A stretch of DNA of 45,792 bases, taken from positions 1 through 45,792 of the IMG/VR virus record IMGVR_UViG_3300016263_001003; one strand, written 5' to 3'. The notes beneath the pieces were generated by a model. That model was not told the DNA's origin, searched no databases, and worked only from the letters and a program-made list of their open reading frames with translations. The translations under genes were made by a program, and so were the position numbers. Position 1 is the stretch's first letter. The number at the start of each line of letters is the position of its first letter. Origin of the DNA: a virus. Lineage: Duplodnaviria > Caudoviricetes. Shown here in pieces: positions 39,523-45,792 of this stretch.

Positions 39523-41414
39523 TACTTTCTAATGTATTGGGTTTCTAGTGAATCGAGATAGCTTGAAGTTGGGATGAATCTGGTTCCAGAGGAATTTGAT
39601 CCAGACTCAATCAAATCAGGAACAATGTCAATATTACTTCTATTTAACGTAAATCTGACATAGATATCTGTCAGACCAATAATATCATTTGATTCTGGAA
39701 GTGCTTCAATTTCAACTAAGTTGCCACTTTTTGAAGTTTCTGTGATTACTAAATCATTAATTAAAATTTCACCTTTTACATAGTCAATCGTACCGACATT
39801 TGTTAAAACAATTACTGGTTCATTTTTTACTAGTTTGAATATAAAAACTGTACCAGAAATGTCTGTAACTTTGTTATCAGCTAAATATACTAAATTGTCC
39901 TCGCCAGCAATTCTAAATCCAGTCGATCTAATATTGTATGAGGGTTTATATACATGTATCTCATTGCCATAACAAATTTCATAATTTGTCTCTGCACTTA
40001 GATTTGCAATAAGTCTCTTGTACATAACAAGTTTAGTTATGTTTGATGTAATTGCCTTGTGTGCAGTATCAATAATGTTTAAAATTTTACTATACTTTAC
40101 TCTACCACCAAATCTGTTTAGTTCTGGAGATTCTCCATATTTTTGAAGAGCAGTTACTACTTTATTTTCAATCAATTTGGTATCACTAGTAATTGTTTGA
40201 TTGTAGTAAACGGAAGAAACAACATCAACAAATAGGAATTGGAGATCAACAAACTCTGGAATAATTCCAACTACTGAATAATTTCTTAGTTTATTTTTCA
40301 AATCTCTTTTATTGAAATCTGAAAGAAAGAATCCATTTTTTGGTTTAACGCAAATGAAAACTTTTCCAAATTGTGGAGGATCTAATTCTTCTCCACCATA
40401 TGCTGTAACAGATTCTGTATTTGGAAATAATTGTGTTATGACAGTTTCATAGTCTTGTGTCGTCACAGCTCGATATTGAGATGCGTATGTTTTTGGTGCA
40501 TATTTCTTAATTGATTCAATACTTTCAATAACATCACCATTCTGAGCTTTTGATACGGTTGTTATCGATGGAGACACTGAAGTAATAAAATTGTTTTCAT
40601 TATCAACTAGTAATCCAGAAAATGAAAACTTTTGAACTCCATTTCCAAGTGTTCCATTACTGATTATATAAGAGACTTCTACTTTATTTCCATCATCGAG
40701 TTTTCTTCCATAGATTCCATCACCAAAAACAATCTCATATCTTTCATCTGATACTTCATATAGATAGAAAACTTCACTAGAAGAATCAACTTCAAAAATA
40801 TTATCTACTTGTCTATATTCCCTATAAGCAGTTGTTTGATCATCAAGAAATACTTTTACTCTTAAAGTACTTGTATCAACAAAAGAATTTGGAATGATGA
40901 ATCTTTGATTTGTTTGATCATTATTTACGATGAAGTTTGTTTTTGCAAGCACTCCTTCATAGATGTCAATTTCATTGAAAAACGCAACACCATCTCTTAC
41001 TGGAACTATAATATCTTCTGGTATTGAAAATACTACATTACTATTTTTGGAACTTGATGTTGAAACTAATCCTTGTTTTAAGGTAACAGAAAGAGCCTCT
41101 GTTTGACTACCCAAAAACAAAGATATGTCTATAGTTGCAACTGCAGATCTGATAGATCTTGGAACATAACCAATATTTCTTGCTAATGAGACTACATTAT
41201 CCCTTAATGTTGCCGTCTCAATAAACGCTTCATTCGCCACCATATTGGCGTTATATGAATTGATGTATGTGTTGTATGCAAGGACATCAATTAATACAGA
41301 AAGATTCGATCCCTCAAAATCAAAATCAGTAAAGTTACCATTTGACCTGAGGTAATTCTTAATACTCAGTTTTATGTCTTTAAAATCTAAATTAGTGAAC
41401 TGAGTAAATGCCAT
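39522..41414 (-). CDS. gp6: Baseplate wedge subunit (630 aa)
   Basis: FTDFDFEGSNLSVLIDVLAYNT, LRDNVVSLARNIGYVPRS, FGDGIYG, QYRAVTTQDYE and GGEELDPPQFGKVFI. Confidence 0.98.
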   Translation of the reverse strand: MAFTQFTNLDFKDIKLSIKNYLRSNGNFTDFDFEGSNLSVLIDVLAYNTYINSYNANMVANEAFIETATLRDNVVSLARNIGYVPRSIRSAVATIDISLFLGSQTEALSVTLKQGLVSTSSSKNSNVVFSIPEDIIVPVRDGVAFFNEIDIYEGVLAKTNFIVNNDQTNQRFIIPNSFVDTSTLRVKVFLDDQTTAYREYRQVDNIFEVDSSSEVFYLYEVSDERYEIVFGDGIYGRKLDDGNKVEVSYIISNGTLGNGVQKFSFSGLLVDNENNFITSVSPSITTVSKAQNGDVIESIESIKKYAPKTYASQYRAVTTQDYETVITQLFPNTESVTAYGGEELDPPQFGKVFICVKPKNGFFLSDFNKRDLKNKLRNYSVVGIIPEFVDLQFLFVDVVSSVYYNQTITSDTKLIENKVVTALQKYGESPELNRFGGRVKYSKILNIIDTAHKAITSNITKLVMYKRLIANLSAETNYEICYGNEIHVYKPSYNIRSTGFRIAGEDNLVYLADNKVTDISGTVFIFKLVKNEPVIVLTNVGTIDYVKGEILINDLVITETSKSGNLVEIEALPESNDIIGLTDIYVRFTLNRSNIDIVPDLIESGSNSSGTRFIPTSSYLDSLETQYIRK

Positions 41415-41830
41415 TATACTTTGGTTGACTGTAGGACAAATTGGAGATTTTGGGGAACATTTTCAGAACCAATGATTGTATATGCAATTGTTACGGCACA
41501 CTCATATGTAACGTCATTAAAAATTGATTCTACTTTTCTAACTCTCACTCTTGGTTCATAATTCTCAATAACATCTCTGATAGTGCTTTCAAGACCGATA
41601 ATTCGTTCAGAAGTTCCAAGATCAAAAAGATACTTACGAACTGATGAACCAATATTTGGTGCAAAAAATCTTTCCCCCCTGTTAGTAAATACGAGGTTTA
41701 ATATAGATTTTTTGATTGCATCATCGTCTCTGATCAAGATAATGTCGTTTGTATTAGGATTCTTTTTGAAGGAAAGACTAATATCAACGAATTTTTTATC
41801 AGAAGCGACTCTAGATAACCTAGAAATCAT
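41414..41830 (-). CDS. gp25: Baseplate wedge subunit, gp25 family (138 aa)
   Basis: DISLSF, AIKKSILNLVFTNRGERFF and IENYEPRV. Confidence 0.96.
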   Translation of the reverse strand: MISRLSRVASDKKFVDISLSFKKNPNTNDIILIRDDDAIKKSILNLVFTNRGERFFAPNIGSSVRKYLFDLGTSERIIGLESTIRDVIENYEPRVRVRKVESIFNDVTYECAVTIAYTIIGSENVPQNLQFVLQSTKV

Positions 41831-41852
41831 TGATTTTTATAGTTCTACGGAT

Positions 41853-41860
41853 TATTTATA
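41853..41860 (-). promoter_or_regulatory. T4-type late promoter TATAAATA upstream of gp25
   Basis: tatttata 22 nt before the gp25 ATG. Confidence 0.8.
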
Positions 41861-41867
41861 GAGCTTT

Positions 41868-42104
41868 TTACATTGTGATTTTGCCATAACTGGGTTCTGT
41901 TCCATATTCCCAGTCATCATAATCTTCATCGTTGCGAATTCTTTCGTGCAATTCAGTTTGTTTTGAAAAATTATGATTTTTTGGGATAAGTTCGTCGTGA
42001 TTAACCTCTCTCAAAAGGTTTTCTGACCCATAATCTGTTACCAAAGCGGTTGTTCCCCACATTTGGTACATGTAGTCTCTGTTTCTATCAACTTTTTTTG
42101 TCAT
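41868..42104 (-). CDS. Hypothetical protein (78 aa)
   Basis: ORF track; AGGAG Shine-Dalgarno upstream; MWGTTALVTDY and DYDDWEYGTEP segments. Confidence 0.85.
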   Translation of the reverse strand: MTKKVDRNRDYMYQMWGTTALVTDYGSENLLREVNHDELIPKNHNFSKQTELHERIRNDEDYDDWEYGTEPSYGKITM

Positions 42105-42136
42105 TTTGCTCCTAATTCGAGTGAATTAGAACTTTT

Positions 42137-42604
42137 TTAGGGGTTGCTATCCCTTTTTTTGACAATTTCGTAGTCTTCTTGCAAAATTTCTTTTAAATAT
42201 TCGTCATCCCAGTAGCTATAATAGTCAGTTTTTGCTAATTTTTCACGAAATCTCTTCAATTTTTCTTTCGGTTGCGCTATAATTAGGTTGTAACGACCAT
42301 TATTTGTGTTGACTCCATTAATAAAGGTGTCATATGACCTACAATCTTCAAAAAAATCCCACTCTTGGTAGTGACGATTGTATTTATCGACCCATGTCAT
42401 CATTCCATAAAGACTGAAACGGTCTTCGACAATAAAAATGACAACATCAAACCCTTCAATAGGTTTAATGTTGTCAATGGATGTTTCTACAATTTTAAAT
42501 TTGGAAGAGGAAGCAAAAGGGCAGATCGCGAAGTTTCCCAATTCTGGTCGAAGTTTGGAAACTTCTTTAATCCACTCAAGAATGTATGCTTCCTTTTCGT
42601 TCAT
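42137..42604 (-). CDS. Hypothetical protein (155 aa), possibly DUF1415-like
   Basis: ORF track; W-I...ICPFA motif; ATGA overlap with the upstream small gene. Confidence 0.8.
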   Translation of the reverse strand: MNEKEAYILEWIKEVSKLRPELGNFAICPFASSSKFKIVETSIDNIKPIEGFDVVIFIVEDRFSLYGMMTWVDKYNRHYQEWDFFEDCRSYDTFINGVNTNNGRYNLIIAQPKEKLKRFREKLAKTDYYSYWDDEYLKEILQEDYEIVKKRDSNP

Positions 42605-42744
42605 CTACCTTGACCCCTGTATGCTTTTTTCTTTCCGTTCCTTGAGGTTGCGCTCAATTTAGTCATGGAGCTTTTGCCTTGACGAGTCATTTTAGGCTTA
42701 GACTGAATGAGTTTAGAATTCGTGAGAGAAGGGCGCTTTGCCAT
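42601..42744 (-). CDS. Small highly basic protein (47 aa)
   Basis: Manual translation MAKRPSLTNSKLIQSKPKMTRQGKSSMTKLSATSRNGKKKAYRGQGR*; perfect AGGAGG Shine-Dalgarno at 42750-42755; ATGA-coupled to the next gene. Confidence 0.85.
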   Translation of the reverse strand: MAKRPSLTNSKLIQSKPKMTRQGKSSMTKLSATSRNGKKKAYRGQGR

Positions 42745-42761
42745 AAAAACCTCCTAAGTTG

Positions 42762-43511
42762 TCAAATAATACGAGTTTTCTCATGACCCACCCGAACGAT
42801 GGGGTTACACCAGATTTCAAAACCGGCTTCCTTGGCATCAAGACAGAATGAAACGTCCTCGCCACACATATCCTGAACTTCACCCGATTCAAAGACTTGC
42901 ATCTTAGGTGCGAACCAGGGATATTCCAATTTTTCAAAAACGCCGTTCTTGATAAGAACCCAACCAAAGCCTGTGTAGTCTACAGTGAAGGGTTTGCGAC
43001 GTTTGCTCATGGTTTCTAGAGTTTCATGGTTCATGACTCCACCATTGTTGCGGAAGTCATCTTCCTCTAACCAGTGTGCTACCGAAGTGGTGTGCCCATC
43101 TTCAGTGCAATACCATCCTGCAGCAATCTCCTTATCCATTGCAATAAGACGGTAGAATGCTTCTGTGTTGAAGACAATATCGTTGTCAATCCACAGTTGG
43201 TAGTCATAATTCAGTTTACCATCCCAGGGTACTTGCTTTGGTCCACGGAGAACATTTGCACCAAGTACTTTACAACGTGCAAAGTTCACCATCGAACTGT
43301 AATCCTGAGAGATCTGAATACTCATTCCGTTTTGTACAAGATCAAAACAGAGTTGTACAAAATTCTTCAGAAAAATATATGAACATCCTCGACCAGGTAG
43401 ACAGAACACAACTGTCTTACCTTTTGCTAGTTCTTTTGCTTCTTCAAGATTAAAATCATCAGAAGTCGCAGGTGAAGGTGTCTTTGCCTTCACAGTAAAT
43501 CCTTTAGTCAT
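42762..43511 (-). CDS. Glycosyltransferase, GT-A fold (GT2-like, 249 aa)
   Basis: LWIDNDIVF (DxD motif), YTGFGWVLIKNGVFE, MCGEDVSFC (ED catalytic motif) and VRVGH. Confidence 0.88.
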   Translation of the reverse strand: MTKGFTVKAKTPSPATSDDFNLEEAKELAKGKTVVFCLPGRGCSYIFLKNFVQLCFDLVQNGMSIQISQDYSSMVNFARCKVLGANVLRGPKQVPWDGKLNYDYQLWIDNDIVFNTEAFYRLIAMDKEIAAGWYCTEDGHTTSVAHWLEEDDFRNNGGVMNHETLETMSKRRKPFTVDYTGFGWVLIKNGVFEKLEYPWFAPKMQVFESGEVQDMCGEDVSFCLDAKEAGFEIWCNPIVRVGHEKTRII

Positions 43512-43552
43512 AAAATCCTCAATGGTTTTATAAAGTGAATCATATCATAGGT

Positions 43553-43559
43553 TATTTAG
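43553..43559 (-). promoter_or_regulatory. Late promoter variant CTAAATA upstream of the glycosyltransferase
   Basis: tatttag 41 nt before the ATG; GAGGA Shine-Dalgarno in between. Confidence 0.6.
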
Positions 43560-43563
43560 GGTG

Positions 43564-43749
43564 TCAACGTTGACGTTCGATCATTTCAGAAGACAACGTT
43601 GTTTGCATTAACCCTGATTTCTTTACAATTGCTTGAGTGGATCCTATAACAATTGCAAGAGAAAAGAAAAAGAAAAATCCGATGATCTTTCTAGCAACAT
43701 CTGGGTATAAGTACAAAAACCCCAGAAAAGCTGTTGTGCGTTTGTTCAT
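43564..43749 (-). CDS. Possible small membrane protein (61 aa)
   Basis: ORF track; hydrophobic stretch IIGFFFFFSLAIVIG; fills the gap, but no clear Shine-Dalgarno or promoter. Confidence 0.5.
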   Translation of the reverse strand: MNKRTTAFLGFLYLYPDVARKIIGFFFFFSLAIVIGSTQAIVKKSGLMQTTLSSEMIERQR

Positions 43750-43753
43750 TTTA

Positions 43754-43760
43754 ATAAATA
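43754..43760 (+). promoter_or_regulatory. Late promoter core ATAAATA for the + strand 245-aa gene
   Basis: taataaata on the + strand, 22 nt before ATG 43783. Confidence 0.65.
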
Positions 43761-43782
43761 ACTAGAAACATTAATTCAGTAA

Positions 43783-44520
43783 ATGGAATCTAACCTTAGG
43801 AACTTAATCGAGTCATATTATTCGATTTATGAAGAAGAAGAAGTTGAACTTGATGAAGGAATGACCATGAAGGACTTCAAACAACAAAGAAGTCGTCAAA
43901 AGCAAAAAGAAAAGAGAGCATCAGATAAGATTGCTCCTAATCGCAGAAAGGATATTCATACTGATAGACTTTCTCCTGAGAGAGCAGCAAGACATCGTGC
44001 TAATGTAGATCCTGACTTTGAGGGTAATGATGAAAGAAACTATCCTGGTGGTAAGTTAAGAGCAAAAAAAGTTCGTAAGGCAAAAGCACTTGGAGAGCTT
44101 GGAGAAGGTGTTGACATTTTCGACGCAGTTCTCGAGCATCTGGTTTCCGAAGGATATGCAGATACCAATGAGAGTGCTCTCGTCATTATGTCGAATATGA
44201 GTGAAGAGTGGAGACAGAGTATTATCTCTGAGGCTCCTGGTGAGTGGTTTGGTGGATTAAGAGACAGAGCTCGTGCAAGTAGAGCTTCACAGATGCAGTC
44301 AATGCAACCAACACCAAAAGCAGGTCCAAGTGTTTCTTCACCATTTGCCAAGCCATCAAGTAGAACTGATAGTGGTAGATTGACCACTTATGGTGCTGGT
44401 GGTGGTTCTGCAGCAGAAAGAGCAGGTCAAAGTCGTGCTCAAGTTATGCAACAAGGTGCAAAGAATCTTGAGAATAAGAAGAGAACTTCTGGTGGGCCAG
44501 ATCCAAACTTCGGGCGTTGA
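43783..44520 (+). CDS. Putative internal head protein (245 aa) with alternating acidic and basic blocks
   Basis: Has its own late promoter and terminator; L/I-X-E sites (LIE, LDE, LGE, ISE) flank two R/K-rich segments and an acidic helical module. Confidence 0.85.
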   Translation: MESNLRNLIESYYSIYEEEEVELDEGMTMKDFKQQRSRQKQKEKRASDKIAPNRRKDIHTDRLSPERAARHRANVDPDFEGNDERNYPGGKLRAKKVRKAKALGELGEGVDIFDAVLEHLVSEGYADTNESALVIMSNMSEEWRQSIISEAPGEWFGGLRDRARASRASQMQSMQPTPKAGPSVSSPFAKPSSRTDSGRLTTYGAGGGSAAERAGQSRAQVMQQGAKNLENKKRTSGGPDPNFGR

Positions 44521-44545
44521 TATAATTCTCTAAGACTCTTTTATA

Positions 44546-44577
44546 CCCCTGGGAATTTTTTCCTGGGGGATTTTTTT
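44546..44577 (+). terminator. Rho-independent terminator
   Basis: CCCCTGGGAA-TTTT-TTCCTGGGGG hairpin (two G-U pairs) followed by ATTTTTTT, 25 nt after the 245-aa stop. Confidence 0.75.
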
Positions 44578-44687
44578 AGCCGGCAGATTTTTTTTATTAA
44601 CGTTTTATAAGTAGCGCGTTTTCAAAGTTTTGTAGGTTAGGGTAGTTAGCGATTTTAATATCACCGCCGCGCGGGTATAACAATACC

Positions 44688-44696
44688 ATTATATCA
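44688..44696 (-). promoter_or_regulatory. Extended -10 sigma70-type promoter (TGATATAAT)
   Basis: attatatca on the + strand is TG-N-TATAAT on the minus strand; the -35 position (TAGCGC) is weak; no convincing ORF follows. Confidence 0.5.
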
Positions 44697-44721
44697 TGAA
44701 CTGCTGCCCTGCGCTATACTT

Positions 44722-44746
44722 AGGAGCACGAAGTGTTCGTGCTCCT
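44722..44746. repeat. Perfect 11-bp inverted repeat (hairpin)
   Basis: AGGAGCACGAA-GTG-TTCGTGCTCCT, 8 nt downstream of the last early ORF, with no U-tract on either side. Confidence 0.8.
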
Positions 44747-44754
44747 GCTATAAC

Positions 44755-44865
44755 TCACTCTACGCTCTCTGCATCATACTCATAAGAGAGATCTTCATAC
44801 CAATCAAGTTCATTATCATCCTCATCAATGAATTCATCAATCCAATCAATGTTCAGTGTTTCCAT
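44755..44865 (-). CDS. Very acidic peptide (36 aa)
   Basis: Manual translation METLNIDWIDEFIDEDDNELDWYEDLSYEYDAESVE*; strong GGAGGA Shine-Dalgarno at 44871-44876. Confidence 0.75.
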   Translation of the reverse strand: METLNIDWIDEFIDEDDNELDWYEDLSYEYDAESVE

Positions 44866-44876
44866 AATAATCCTCC

Positions 44877-45098
44877 TCAGTAAGATGCGATGACTGCTGC
44901 TTTTTGACCACTGGCAACTGATGCAGCACCAGGAACAGCGTTATGAAGAAAAGCACCCTTAGGTGCAGCAGCACTCCAGTTAGCAGACTTGCGACGACGC
45001 TTAGCAGTGCTGGGGAGTTTGGTGTATGTCACCTCACCACGAATGTCGGCAAGGATGATATCCAGGGACGATGCAGTTGCCAGTTCGCTGATAGTCAT
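44877..45098 (-). CDS. Hypothetical early protein (73 aa)
   Basis: ORF track; GC-richer codons; basic patch KRRRK. Confidence 0.75.
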   Translation of the reverse strand: MTISELATASSLDIILADIRGEVTYTKLPSTAKRRRKSANWSAAAPKGAFLHNAVPGAASVASGQKAAVIASY

Positions 45099-45136
45099 GA
45101 GAGTGAAGATGTAGGGTGAAAAGTGTTAACGAAGGA

Positions 45137-45415
45137 TCAGAGTTCGTTCATCATCTCCAGGATTTCATCGCAGTTGATCTCTTCATCATCCCAACGAACT
45201 CCATCCTTAGTGGTGAACTTATCAACGTTCTCCATGCAACGGATGAACTTATCGTAGGGGGTTTCGCCAATAGCACAGTAGGTCACACATGCTTTGGCGG
45301 TGTTATACAGCCACTGATCATTCTGAATCCAGAGAGCAACATTCCAGGTCTCATAATTTGCCCAACCGTTGTAGCGCTTGGGGAGGATCTTGGTTTCCAG
45401 GGTTGCGGTGGTCAT
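45137..45415 (-). CDS. Hypothetical early protein (92 aa), YNGWxNYETWNVALW family
   Basis: Recognisable phage motif YNGWANYETWNVALWI. The start is moved to MTTATLE (45415) because the longer track ORF runs through the promoter. Confidence 0.85.
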   Translation of the reverse strand: MTTATLETKILPKRYNGWANYETWNVALWIQNDQWLYNTAKACVTYCAIGETPYDKFIRCMENVDKFTTKDGVRWDDEEINCDEILEMMNEL

Positions 45416-45437
45416 GGGGTTTCCTGTTGACTTGATA

Positions 45438-45493
45438 ATTGTAGGCCCTAGGTGGGAGCTTTCAGAGCCCCCTTGTGCCACTTTTAGAACTGG
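45438..45493 (-). promoter_or_regulatory. Early-type promoter: -10 TACAAT plus upstream CCAGTT-N4-AAGTGGCACA motif
   Basis: attgta at 45438-45443; tgtgccacttttagaactgg at 45474-45493 resembles the bipartite motif seen upstream of early promoters in T4-like cyanophages. Confidence 0.65.
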
Positions 45494-45624
45494 ATGGCTT
45501 CTAGCGTGGGTTGGGGGGATTCGGTGGTAGCCTCGGGAGATTCGGTGAGAGCATCAAGAATGCTCAGGATTTCATTACCAGTGCTACCCTGACGAAGCAT
45601 GGAGATGTAGATTTCTTTAGTCAT
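45484..45624 (-). CDS. Small hypothetical early protein (46 aa)
   Basis: Manual translation MTKEIYISMLRQGSTGNEILSILDALTESPEATTESPQPTLEAIQF*; codon style matches the neighbours. Confidence 0.75.
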   Translation of the reverse strand: MTKEIYISMLRQGSTGNEILSILDALTESPEATTESPQPTLEAIQF

Positions 45625-45687
45625 GATGTTTGGAAAGAAAGTGTAGTGAATTGTGGGTAACTTTAGGGCTAACCCATTCCCATAAGT

Positions 45688-45792
45688 TCAGTTCAGACGC
45701 ATCCCAGAGAAGAAAGGAACTGCTCCTCCTTCCTGTTGCACGAACCACTCAAAGTTCTTTTGAAAGACTCGCTCACCAGGGCAACCATGCTC
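45688..45792 (-). CDS. 3' end of a hypothetical early protein (start outside the window)
   Basis: Open frame ...EHGCPGERVFQKNFEWFVQQEGGAVPFFSGMRLN* running to the window edge. Confidence 0.7.
   Translation of the reverse strand, partial: EHGCPGERVFQKNFEWFVQQEGGAVPFFSGMRLN

Noticed and set aside
1336-43453. Numerous 60-117 aa ORF-track entries antisense or out of frame within large genes
   Set aside because: They overlap well-supported genes completely, many use non-ATG starts, and they show no recognisable motifs.
43564-43749. Holin call for the 61-aa hydrophobic ORF
   Set aside because: One hydrophobic stretch and no adjacent endolysin is not enough evidence.
45416-45481. N-terminal extension of the 114-aa track ORF
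   Set aside because: It spans the predicted promoter; the ATG at 45415 is the better start.
1-45792. tRNA, rRNA, integrase, transposase or photosynthesis auxiliary genes
   Set aside because: Intergenic gaps are short and none showed a cloverleaf or such motifs by eye; a tRNAscan/Rfam run would be needed to exclude them formally.

Overview
This window is the virion morphogenesis (late) region of a T4-like myovirus. Gene order and protein style match the T4-like cyanophages (Kyanoviridae-like); host and taxonomy are inferred, not shown. Read on the minus strand from right to left, it contains a GC-richer cluster of small early-type ORFs (44.7-45.8 kb), a non-coding junction, a GT-A glycosyltransferase and small genes, then gp25, gp6, gp7 (two ORFs), gp8, a VrlC/DUF4815-type baseplate protein (two ORFs), fibre/structural genes, gp13, gp14, gp15, gp16, a 3.8 kb accessory insert, gp17, gp18, gp19, gp20, two small head genes and the start of gp21. 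T4-type late promoter boxes (TATAAATA/ATAAATA/CTAAATA) precede most late genes. Four observations stand out. (1) A 754-aa ORF looks like a polyprotein of cationic, mostly Cys-paired peptides separated by prohead-protease-type hydrophobic-X-Glu sites. (2) A G-[IVLF]-x-[ST] motif recurs densely in exposed tail, neck and baseplate proteins, next to a late-expressed glycosyltransferase, suggesting a virion O-glycosylation system. (3) The DUF4815 gene is split, and its second half has its own late promoter box and a ~220-aa Lys/Glu/Asp leader. (4) An ORF-free segment at the early/late junction has its own promoter and could be an ncRNA or origin. All family assignments come from motif recognition; no database searches were run.
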